Source of the DNA: an uncultured Calditrichaceae bacterium
GTDB lineage: Bacteria; Calditrichota; Calditrichia; Calditrichales; J004
Direction of reading: 5' to 3'
Length of the DNA: 64,000 nt
Assembly: GCA_964456445.1 (NCBI GenBank)
Contig: CAYWBI010000002.1
Location: 29,305-93,304 of the forward strand
The notes under the pieces were generated by a model. The model had not been told where the DNA came from and did not search any database. It was given only the letters and a program-made list of their open reading frames with translations. The position numbers were made by a program, and so were the translations under genes. Below, piece after piece: positions 48,794-56,930 of this stretch; the stretch's first letter is position 1, and each line of letters begins with the position of its first letter.

Positions 48794-49453
48794 TCAATCA
48801 TTCCAGATATGTTCAAAAAGAAGTACCGATGCGGTTATCACGATAACGCAGTAGGCAATAAGGGTTTGGATTTCCGGGATGATTAAATTAGCGTCCGCTT
48901 GTTTAAATGCAACCCGCGTAGCGCTTATGCCAAGGACAATCACGGGCAGCAAAATAGGAAATGCCAAAACGCTGAACAAAGCCCCGCGCCCGGAAGCTTT
49001 TGCTATAAGCGCGGCCACGATGGTTCCACCGGCGGCCATGCCAATTGCGCCAAGAAATGTGGTAAGCACAAATAATCCCACATTTTGAACGTTAAAATTG
49101 AAAACGCCAACAAATAGGGGAACAATAATAATCAGCAGCACAACCAGCAATAAGGTATTAAAAAGAAGTTTTCCCAATAAGATATCATTGGGTTGGGTAA
49201 CAAGTTTAAGGGTATCGGCGGTCTGTGCTTCTTCTTCTTTTAAAAAAACATGGGAAAAACCGGATAACCCGGAAAATAATATAATGATCCACAGCAAAGC
49301 CGCCAGTATATCCTCGTTCAGTGCAAAATTGCCAATCGAAAATGAAACGGCCGTTAAGGTTATCACGGCAAAAAGCAGGATTGAATTTATTGCGGCCCTG
49401 GAACGTAATTCTTGTTTGAGGTCCTTGCGAAAAACAGTGAAAATTCTATGCAT
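48794..49453 (-). CDS. ccmB: Heme exporter permease CcmB
   Basis: 219 aa with about 6 TM segments. The size and position after ccmA (8-nt overlap) fit CcmB. Confidence 0.88.
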   Translation of the reverse strand: MHRIFTVFRKDLKQELRSRAAINSILLFAVITLTAVSFSIGNFALNEDILAALLWIIILFSGLSGFSHVFLKEEEAQTADTLKLVTQPNDILLGKLLFNTLLLVVLLIIIVPLFVGVFNFNVQNVGLFVLTTFLGAIGMAAGGTIVAALIAKASGRGALFSVLAFPILLPVIVLGISATRVAFKQADANLIIPEIQTLIAYCVIVITASVLLFEHIWND

Positions 49454-50060
49454 TTATCGTATATACCTCATCAGCTAACTTTAAATCAATTGCGTCGTTT
49501 GTAGCAAATACAAGAATACCGTTTTGTTTTTGACCACGCATTATTTCATAGACGGTTTCGATACCGGTCTCATCCAAATTGGACGTCGGTTCATCTATAA
49601 ACAAAAAGGATGGTTTGGCCATCAGTGCAAATGCATATTTTAACCGTTGTTTCATCCCGGAAGAATAAGTTTTTGCCTGATCATGTTCTCTGCCCTTTAA
49701 ACCCAGCATGGCCATCAGGCTGAAAATTTTATCCTGATAGGCGTCAATACTTTTTAAGCGGGCAACAAACTCCAGGTTTTCAAACGCCGTCAATTCCTGA
49801 TACAGTTGAATATATGGCCCCACAAGGCCAATATGTTCGTTTCTTTTTTCCAATGGCAGAATTGCATCATTCACCCGGTAGGTCACCTTGCCGCGATCTG
49901 CTTGTATAAGACCACAAAGGATACGCATAAAGGTTGTTTTTCCTGAACCGTTTGGTCCGGTTATTGCAAGACTTTGACCTTTTTCCACCGAGACATTTAA
50001 ATTCCTGAGGACGGTGCGGCCATTAAATTTTTTGGATATATTTTGTGTGAGTAATTTCAT
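49446..50060 (-). CDS. ccmA: Heme exporter ATP-binding protein CcmA (ABC ATPase)
   Basis: 204 aa. Walker A GPNGSGKTT, signature YSSGMKQR and Walker B LFIDEP. Confidence 0.9.
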   Translation of the reverse strand: MKLLTQNISKKFNGRTVLRNLNVSVEKGQSLAITGPNGSGKTTFMRILCGLIQADRGKVTYRVNDAILPLEKRNEHIGLVGPYIQLYQELTAFENLEFVARLKSIDAYQDKIFSLMAMLGLKGREHDQAKTYSSGMKQRLKYAFALMAKPSFLFIDEPTSNLDETGIETVYEIMRGQKQNGILVFATNDAIDLKLADEVYTINA

Positions 50061-50062
50061 GT

Positions 50063-50095
50063 ATAAAAAAAAGGGGCGAATAAAGCGCCCCTTTT
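50063..50095 (-). terminator. Rho-independent terminator downstream of the TonB-dependent receptor gene
   Basis: The minus strand reads AAAAGGGGCG-CTTTATT-CGCCCCTTTT followed by additional T residues. The GC core stem is 50073..50078 paired with 50086..50091, flanked by A/T pairs. The T-run ends 2-3 nt before the ccmA ATG (50060). Confidence 0.75.
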
Positions 50096-50116
50096 CTATT
50101 TAGAGTTTGATAAAAC

Positions 50117-52807
50117 TTAGTAAGTTAAAGATAGACCAAAGTTAACCGTTCTCGGCAGACCAAAGAATACTTCAGCATCGGAGGCCTTGTGCGTATTACT
50201 GAAAGCGTTATAACGGCTATTGTCCGTCGCATCCTGGATATACACTTCATCGAGTAGGTTAAATACATGGGCAAAAAGTTTAATATTTACACCGTTCAAA
50301 TCAAGTGGTAAAGCATAGGATGCATGCAGATCTAATAAACCGTAGTTTGGTACCTTCCAGCTTTGAACACGATCCGCTGTTCCACCATCCAAGACGAGGC
50401 GGCTGGTTGGGTCCCAATCGGCATAATAGTTTGCAAAATATTTATATACAAGCTGGGCGCGCATACCTTTCATCGGAAAAACCGAACCGGCCAGGGCAAG
50501 CTGTGTTTGCGGGGCGTCGCCAATTTTAAGGTCCTTAACGGCAACGGAATACGTCTTGGTGACCAAGGTTCCGCTATCCAGCGCACGGAAACTTCCATTG
50601 GCGTCATCGGTCAGTTTCCAGTTGCCAACCGAACCGGCGAGGTCTAAACGGAACATATCCATCGGCTGATAGGCGGCTTCAAATTCAAAACCGCTATGGT
50701 TTTGATTAACGCCGGTCAGGAAAAGGATATCAAAAACACCAGGACTTGTTTCGACTGATCTTGGAAGCGCACGATCGGTCCAGTTTGTATAATAAACGCT
50801 GGTTTTAAAGGTCAATTGACCATCAAGCGCGCGTCCGTTGAAGCCGGCCTCGAAGGAAGTGAATTTCTCATTAAGCGGATTGTTGGCAAATACGCTGTTA
50901 CGGTCATCAATAACCGCGTCAAAGATCGGCACTTTTTCAACATATCCGGCGTTGCCATAAACTTCAAAATCACTGTCTAAACGGTACATGGCGCCACCTT
51001 TTATCTGATATCCGCCAATGTTGTCTGATTTTAATTTTATTTCGCTACCGTTGCCGTTATCTTTAAAATGATCGGTAAAGCCATATTTAACGGTTGTATA
51101 ACCGGCGGTACCATAAGCGGTCCATTGATCCAGCGTATATTCCGCCTGGGCGAAACCACCAAGCCAGTCCACGGTATTGGTATTAAAATAGGCAACTTTG
51201 TCACCAAGACCTTTTTGTTGCTGGTCAGCAGTTACATCAAATGCATTGCTTTTATCGATATAATAAGTACCGCCTAACAGATCACGTACTTCACGATAGT
51301 GTTCGATCTGCGCAGTACGCCAGTCAACGCCAATGGTTGTTTTTAAGTTATCATTTACTTTCCAGTTCAATTTGGAAATTAAACCAACGGTGTATTGATT
51401 ATTTACACTATTGCGCAAAATACCTTTGGAACCAGTGGTACTTGCTTCATTGTTTGCTATCGTAGCATCCCAGGCAACAAAACGAGATGGGCTTGGAATA
51501 CCAACATGATAGTTCCATTTCAGGCTGCCCAAAGTACCGGAACCGCCACCGACACCACCTGAATAATACAGGACTGAAGTCAAGGCCATGTTTTCATTAA
51601 AATTTGAATACCAGTTCAGGTTTATCTGCGGTTTATGATAATAATTTTCACGCTCGCTTAAAAAATTGGGGTCATAGCGATCAAAGGTTGAACCATTTGC
51701 AAATTGTTTGCCTTTATAGGACGAACTTACTTTGCCCCAGTTTTCGTTATATAAATGTCCGGCTGAAGCTTGTTTGAAAGCACTAATTGCCGCTGGATCG
51801 TAATCGCTTAAGCCTTTTGCATAAGAGCTATCATACGCGGCGATATTTTGTTTGTACAAATTTTGTCCATGACGCTGAGGGGCGCCAACCGCATAAAGTT
51901 CAATCCGGTTGTCATCGTTGATGTTATAGCTGGCGCCAACATAATACGCATAGGCGTCGGTCCAGGTTTTATCGATAACGCCGGTACCTGTTTTACGAAC
52001 GACAAGCGCGCTTACGGCAAACTTATCATCGATCATACCGGAGTTTGCAACCAAAGTGGATTTCAGAAAAGATCCGCTACCGAATTCTTGTTTGAAATTG
52101 ACGCCGGCCGTTAAGCTGGTCGGGTCGGTCAGGATGTTCATTGTACCGCCAATCGAAGCAACGGCCAGGTTTACAGCGCTCAAACCACGTTGCATCTGGA
52201 TGGAAGATGTTGCGTCGCCAACGCCGTCCCAGTTGGACCAATATACCCAACCGTTTTCCATATCATTTACAGGAACGCCATTTATCATGATGGCCACGTT
52301 TCGTTGATTAAAACCACGAATATTTATACGGGCGTCACCGGCGCCACCACCCTGTTGGGTAGCATAAACACTGGGTGTTGTATTTAATACCAACGGGATA
52401 TCCCGGGAACCGAGTTCATTTTGAATCTTGGTTTTTGCAACATTTGTAAAAGCCACCGGTGTTTCACGTTCCTTGGCACGATCGGCAATTACATTGATAG
52501 TCTTCGAGAACAGATATTCAACGAGTTGAAAATTCTGCTCGACATCACCATCCAGGGTGATTTTAACTTTTTGTTGGGCATAGCCAACATAATCACAGAC
52601 AATCGTGTAGGTACCGTCTTCGGCTTCGATCTGGTACATACCGTTTTCATCCGTAGCGGCGCCAATAGTTGTACCGGCAAGATAAACATTTGCACCTACC
52701 AGGGCAGCATCATCCGAGGCGCCGGTGACTTTACCTTTTATGGTGCCTGCAATTGATACCCCTGCCATAAGGGCAACGATAAATATTGTAAAAATTCGAG
52801 TATTCAC
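50117..52807 (-). CDS. TonB-dependent outer-membrane receptor with an N-terminal carboxypeptidase-regulatory-like domain
   Basis: 896 aa. Signal peptide, then GTIKGKVTG...GANVYLAGTTIGAATDENGMYQIE (CarbopepD_reg-like), a plug region, and a long beta-barrel with alternating aromatic pattern ending ...FGLSLTY. GTG start at 52807 with AGGAGG 5 nt upstream. Confidence 0.9.
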   Translation of the reverse strand: MNTRIFTIFIVALMAGVSIAGTIKGKVTGASDDAALVGANVYLAGTTIGAATDENGMYQIEAEDGTYTIVCDYVGYAQQKVKITLDGDVEQNFQLVEYLFSKTINVIADRAKERETPVAFTNVAKTKIQNELGSRDIPLVLNTTPSVYATQQGGGAGDARINIRGFNQRNVAIMINGVPVNDMENGWVYWSNWDGVGDATSSIQMQRGLSAVNLAVASIGGTMNILTDPTSLTAGVNFKQEFGSGSFLKSTLVANSGMIDDKFAVSALVVRKTGTGVIDKTWTDAYAYYVGASYNINDDNRIELYAVGAPQRHGQNLYKQNIAAYDSSYAKGLSDYDPAAISAFKQASAGHLYNENWGKVSSSYKGKQFANGSTFDRYDPNFLSERENYYHKPQINLNWYSNFNENMALTSVLYYSGGVGGGSGTLGSLKWNYHVGIPSPSRFVAWDATIANNEASTTGSKGILRNSVNNQYTVGLISKLNWKVNDNLKTTIGVDWRTAQIEHYREVRDLLGGTYYIDKSNAFDVTADQQQKGLGDKVAYFNTNTVDWLGGFAQAEYTLDQWTAYGTAGYTTVKYGFTDHFKDNGNGSEIKLKSDNIGGYQIKGGAMYRLDSDFEVYGNAGYVEKVPIFDAVIDDRNSVFANNPLNEKFTSFEAGFNGRALDGQLTFKTSVYYTNWTDRALPRSVETSPGVFDILFLTGVNQNHSGFEFEAAYQPMDMFRLDLAGSVGNWKLTDDANGSFRALDSGTLVTKTYSVAVKDLKIGDAPQTQLALAGSVFPMKGMRAQLVYKYFANYYADWDPTSRLVLDGGTADRVQSWKVPNYGLLDLHASYALPLDLNGVNIKLFAHVFNLLDEVYIQDATDNSRYNAFSNTHKASDAEVFFGLPRTVNFGLSLTY

Positions 52808-52941
52808 ACAAACCTCCTATTGTATTGTGAAAATTTAGTTGGGTTAGTTAGGTTGTTTTAGGATTAAATATCATTGAAAAAAAATTATCTTAAATTACCT
52901 CCCCTCTAAATAATTTAATATGCCTAATTTTTAAAGTTTAA

Positions 52942-52969
52942 TTTATAAACTAAAAGTGACCGCTGTCAA
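52942..52969 (-). promoter_or_regulatory. Candidate sigma70-type promoter for the TonB-dependent receptor gene
   Basis: The minus strand reads TTGACA (52969..52964), a 16-nt spacer, then TATAAA (52947..52942), about 135 nt upstream of the GTG start. This is sequence match only. Confidence 0.35.
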
Positions 52970-53106
52970 ATTCTTTTTAATTGTTCATAAATATTTAAAA
53001 ACAAGATTGTTAGCCGGAAAAAACACATTTATCCGAACAAATATGAAGGGAATATACTACAAAAAAAGGGCGTGAAATATTAAAATTAGATTAGCAGGTA
53101 GGAAAT

Positions 53107-53280
53107 TTAAAAGTTTTTTTTTAGTTCTTTATTCAACAGTTCATGAACCAGTTTATCAAAAACATCATCTTTATCATAAAATTTATTTCTGATACGCAGC
53201 TTTATAAGTTCAATTTTCTGATCTTCAATGGTTGTAATTTTTTTTACAGCGTGCATTTCATTTGCCTTTGTTCTTGCCAT
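53107..53280 (-). CDS. Short FlgM-like anti-sigma-28 factor candidate (57 aa), below the ORF-track size cutoff
   Basis: My translation reads MARTKANEMHAVKKITTIEDQKIELIKLRIRNKFYDKDDVFDKLVHELLNKELKKNF. The segment IELIKLRIRNKFYDKDDVFDKLV parallels the Salmonella FlgM C-terminal sigma-binding region [25 protein letters not shown], recalled from memory. I saw no clear SD. Confidence 0.55.
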   Translation of the reverse strand: MARTKANEMHAVKKITTIEDQKIELIKLRIRNKFYDKDDVFDKLVHELLNKELKKNF

Positions 53281-53370
53281 AAGAATTCATCATCTAATGA
53301 TATATGATCATTGACAAGATTTCGGCTTATGAAAATGAAACTTTAATTTATAAATCAATCCATATTTATT

Positions 53371-54495
53371 TTAACTTTTTTGAATGGGCAATTTAATTAT
53401 AAATTTATTTCCAACTTTTTGCTTTTGATCGAAGACAATGCTGCCATCGTGTGCCTCGATTGCCAGTTTACTATATGTAAGGGCCAACCCACGCCCTACC
53501 CGATAGCCTTCATTTTTTACCTCGACCTGGCCCAATTTGGTAAAGATCAAATCCTGGTATTTTACCGGGATTTGAATACCGTCGTCCTGCAGGTAAATTT
53601 CTATATGATCATCTTTAAATTTTGTACTCAATGAAACATTGCCCTTGGATGTAACATTGCTGACCGAGAAAGTGAGTAAGTTATCAATTACCCTGTCGAA
53701 GACCGATGTATCCAGAGAACAATATGGTAAGGAAGAATCAAGGCTAACAGAAATATTTTTTTTGGCATGTTCCGGGTAATCGGACATTTTATCTACACAG
53801 CGCTTTATTATGTCATTGACCCGGCATAAATCTTTACTAAGCGTCATATTGCCGTCTTCAATCTTGGCTATATCGATCATGTTTTGAACCATTCGCAATA
53901 AATGCTGGGTGCTTCTGTCGATACGATCTAAGTATTTTTTAAAGGCCGACGTGGCCTCATCCGACATCCCCATCCCCATCATTTGTAAATTCCCCTGGAT
54001 CACAAAAATTGGGTTACGCATATCATGCACCAGCAAATGGGCCAGGTTTTCTTTAAACTGGTCCATGCGGATTAATGCATTGTTCTTTTCCGCAAGCTCG
54101 TCTTGATATTTTTTGATTCTTAAAAGTGATTTTACCCTGGTAATCAGTTCAACATTTTCAAAAGGTTTTGAAATAAAATCATCGGCCCCGACTTCAAGGC
54201 TATGTATCTTATCTTTTAATTCCTTTAGGGCGGTGATCATCACAACGGGAATAAATTGGGTTTGAGGGTTCTTCTTGATTCTTTCACAGACTTCAAAGCC
54301 ATCTAATTTGGGCAACATAATATCGAGCAATATGATATCGGGGTTCTCGGAAACCGCTTTTTCCAATGCTTCTTCACCATCCATTGCAACGGCTATTTCA
54401 TATTTTTGTGGCTTAAGGAAATAGCTGAGTAAGTCAACGTTCTCCTGGCTATCATCTACTATTAATATCTTAGCGGCTATGCTGTCCAAGCCCAT
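53371..54495 (-). CDS. Hybrid response regulator / histidine kinase (REC-HisKA-HATPase_c)
   Basis: 374 aa. Receiver (ILIVDDS...ILLDIMLPKLDG...SKPF), coiled linker, H-box LAHLLVHDMRNP, and ATPase G-boxes (DDGIQIP, GRGLAL). Confidence 0.9.
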   Translation of the reverse strand: MGLDSIAAKILIVDDSQENVDLLSYFLKPQKYEIAVAMDGEEALEKAVSENPDIILLDIMLPKLDGFEVCERIKKNPQTQFIPVVMITALKELKDKIHSLEVGADDFISKPFENVELITRVKSLLRIKKYQDELAEKNNALIRMDQFKENLAHLLVHDMRNPIFVIQGNLQMMGMGMSDEATSAFKKYLDRIDRSTQHLLRMVQNMIDIAKIEDGNMTLSKDLCRVNDIIKRCVDKMSDYPEHAKKNISVSLDSSLPYCSLDTSVFDRVIDNLLTFSVSNVTSKGNVSLSTKFKDDHIEIYLQDDGIQIPVKYQDLIFTKLGQVEVKNEGYRVGRGLALTYSKLAIEAHDGSIVFDQKQKVGNKFIIKLPIQKS

Positions 54496-54572
54496 TGAAA
54501 TTCCTTCATCTTTTCAAAATAAAAGTTATACACATATAATTACTATTTTTCTAATATATTAAATAGCAATCA

Positions 54573-55337
54573 TTAAGTATAAATCATTTTGGTTATTTCT
54601 TTTTTCAGCTTGGACATGGTCTCGGAGTGGATTTGAGAAATCCGTGATTCACTCACATTAAGGATTTTTCCAATTTCTTTAAATGTTAGTTTTTCATAGT
54701 AGTAAAGTGTTATTGCAAGACGGGTTTTTTCAGGAAGTTTTTTTATTGCCTTCAATAGAATTCTTTTAGTTTCATTGTCTTCCATAAATTCATTGGCGCC
54801 AACATAATCATGGTCTTCTATCACGTCATATAAATTTTGTTTGTTTGAATCATCGATAGGCTTATCAAGCGAATACATATTTACGGCATTGACGTCCTTT
54901 TTCCAATTGTGCAGGTCTTTAAGTTCAATACCCAACCCATTTGCCATTTCGTACTCGGTATAGTTGCCCGAAAATTTTTGATCCATTTCCACCGCTTTTT
55001 CTTTCATGTTATTCAGTTTGGACCTTAAGGAACGTGGCACCCAATCCAGCTTTCTTAATTCATCGATGATGGAGCCTTTTATTCTTGGTATAGCATACGT
55101 TTCAAATTTAATTCCATAAGCCGGGTCAAAACGCTCGATCGCTTCACAAAGACCTAAGATACCGATCTGATGTAAATCGGCCTCTTCTATCGCCTGTGGA
55201 AAGTTTTTGATCATTTTCCGAACAACATATTTTACAAGTCCATTGTAGCGTAAAATAAGTTGTTGACGATACATATTATTATTATTGAGCTTAAACTCGT
55301 GCCACATGGTTTCGGTCGGTTGCGTAGCTTGTTGCAT
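54573..55337 (-). CDS. fliA: FliA/WhiG-family (sigma-28-like) RNA polymerase sigma factor
   Basis: Region 2 (GILGLCEAIERFDP...FETYAIPRIKGSIIDELR) and region 4.2 HTH (LTFKEIGKILNVSESRISQIHSETMSKLK) are typical of FliA. The track start is 55391. The ATG at 55337 has AAGGGGG about 5 nt upstream. Confidence 0.88.
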   Translation of the reverse strand: MQQATQPTETMWHEFKLNNNNMYRQQLILRYNGLVKYVVRKMIKNFPQAIEEADLHQIGILGLCEAIERFDPAYGIKFETYAIPRIKGSIIDELRKLDWVPRSLRSKLNNMKEKAVEMDQKFSGNYTEYEMANGLGIELKDLHNWKKDVNAVNMYSLDKPIDDSNKQNLYDVIEDHDYVGANEFMEDNETKRILLKAIKKLPEKTRLAITLYYYEKLTFKEIGKILNVSESRISQIHSETMSKLKKEITKMIYT

Positions 55338-55635
55338 ATTGGCCCCCTTATATGGTGATTTTTGGGGGGTTACATGCAGTTTCCATGCCATAAGTTAAAC
55401 TTAGGACTGCTATCCAAAGCTAACCTATTGTTATTTAAGTATTAATACATTTTTTACATGTATTGATAGAACAGTAAATCGAATCCGAATGTTGAAGTTT
55501 GTTGTTAATATCGCCATCTGAGTGTACACATTTTCAACAGTTTATCGACAAGAAATGGATATATTAAGGACAAAAAATCTTTAGTTTTTTTTAAAAAATA
55601 TCTAAATTAATTTAAAAACCTAAGAAATATACGCA

Positions 55636-56331
55636 ATGGGAATTCAGAACGCCTGGCGGGATATTGTTCAAATTATTTTTCCGAATATATGTCAACTGTG
55701 CAATGCACCTCTTCCAGCAGGTCGGCATTATATATGTGACCTATGTTATAACGGCCTCGAAACATTTCAAGCGGAATACTATCCAATCCTTATAGAACGA
55801 ATGGAAGATATTAAATTTGACGAGATCATTATTGCCTTTCAATTTACAGAAATATTTAAAAAAATCATCCATTTACTAAAGTACGGCGGATATCAGGATA
55901 TCGCCACTCTTTTTGCACGTTCACTATTGCCTCTCATACGATCGGATTATGATTTTATTACATCGGTGCCGTTGCATCCGCAGAAAGAAAGGGAACGTGG
56001 TTTTAACCAAAGCACGTTAATTGCAAAGCAACTTGCAAAGTATCTTGAGATACCGTTTAATGAAAGCCTTACCCGTGTTCGGTACACAAAATCACAGACT
56101 AAATTAAACCGCGAACGGCGCAAACAAAACATGAGAAATGCTTTTAGGTTATCAAGTTCGGTAGAAGGTAAAAAGTTGTTGATAGTGGATGATGTTATAA
56201 CCACCGGGGCTACCCTTAACTCTTGCGCCGGTGTATTGAGGGACGGTAAATGCGAAAGGGTAGATATTATAGCCTTATCTACCCCTGTGGATATTTTGCA
56301 GGAAAAACTGGAACAAACAATTATAATTTAA
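55636..56331 (+). CDS. comF: ComF-family protein (phosphoribosyltransferase domain with N-terminal Zn-ribbon)
   Basis: 231 aa. Cys pairs CQLC...CDLC, and the PRT motif LLIVDDVITTGATL. Confidence 0.88.
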   Translation: MGIQNAWRDIVQIIFPNICQLCNAPLPAGRHYICDLCYNGLETFQAEYYPILIERMEDIKFDEIIIAFQFTEIFKKIIHLLKYGGYQDIATLFARSLLPLIRSDYDFITSVPLHPQKERERGFNQSTLIAKQLAKYLEIPFNESLTRVRYTKSQTKLNRERRKQNMRNAFRLSSSVEGKKLLIVDDVITTGATLNSCAGVLRDGKCERVDIIALSTPVDILQEKLEQTIII

Positions 56332-56663
56332 TTGCGATGAAGAAATTGTTCCAATTCATGACGGTCATTTTCAACCAACTCTATAAATTTTTGAACATCA
56401 TCAATAACTTTATCCTGGCCCCTATTCTCCAATTCGCAAAAATGGGCAGCCATTCGGGTTACATTCAAATTGGCCGAGGCGCCCTTTAAGCTATGCGAAA
56501 GCGCTCGCAGATCATCAAATTGTTGATCAGATACGGCATTTTTTATGGACGGTAAATTTTCATCGACCTGAACCAATAACTCTTCCAACAACTCGAGTAA
56601 AAACTCTTCATCCCCACCAAGCCGCTCCAGCGCTTCCGGGTAATTGATCAATTCTTCTGCCAT
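56328..56663 (-). CDS. Hpt (histidine phosphotransfer) domain protein
   Basis: 111 aa. The phospho-accepting His sits in LRALSHSLKGASANL. There is a strong AAGGAGG RBS. Confidence 0.85.
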   Translation of the reverse strand: MAEELINYPEALERLGGDEEFLLELLEELLVQVDENLPSIKNAVSDQQFDDLRALSHSLKGASANLNVTRMAAHFCELENRGQDKVIDDVQKFIELVENDRHELEQFLHRN

Positions 56664-56930
56664 GATATCCTCCTTAATTCACAGATTCCTAAATACAAAT
56701 GACATTATTCGGCAAATAACTAAGATGGTTTAATTTCTTTTTTACATTGCCCTTTTTTATCTCAACAATAATTTTTTGTACGGGAACAAGCCATAAATTA
56801 TGATCCGCAATATAAGGAAAATGTATGTTTTGTATCCGATTTTTTTTATTCCGATATTAAAATTGTTGAAATTAAACGGATTAATCCATCCTTGTTATCA
56901 ATTTCTTTATAAAATTTAAGAGGTTATTCT

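Noticed and set aside
52808-52941. A possible cobalamin or other riboswitch in the ~135-nt leader of the TonB-dependent receptor gene.
   Set aside because: It is too short and AT-rich for a cobalamin riboswitch, and I saw no B12-box-like sequence.
55438-55470. An imperfect inverted repeat, TATTAATACAT-N7-ATGTATTGATA, in the fliA/comF divergent region.
   Set aside because: It has one mismatch in very AT-rich promoter DNA and no second copy in the window. That is insufficient to call a regulatory site.
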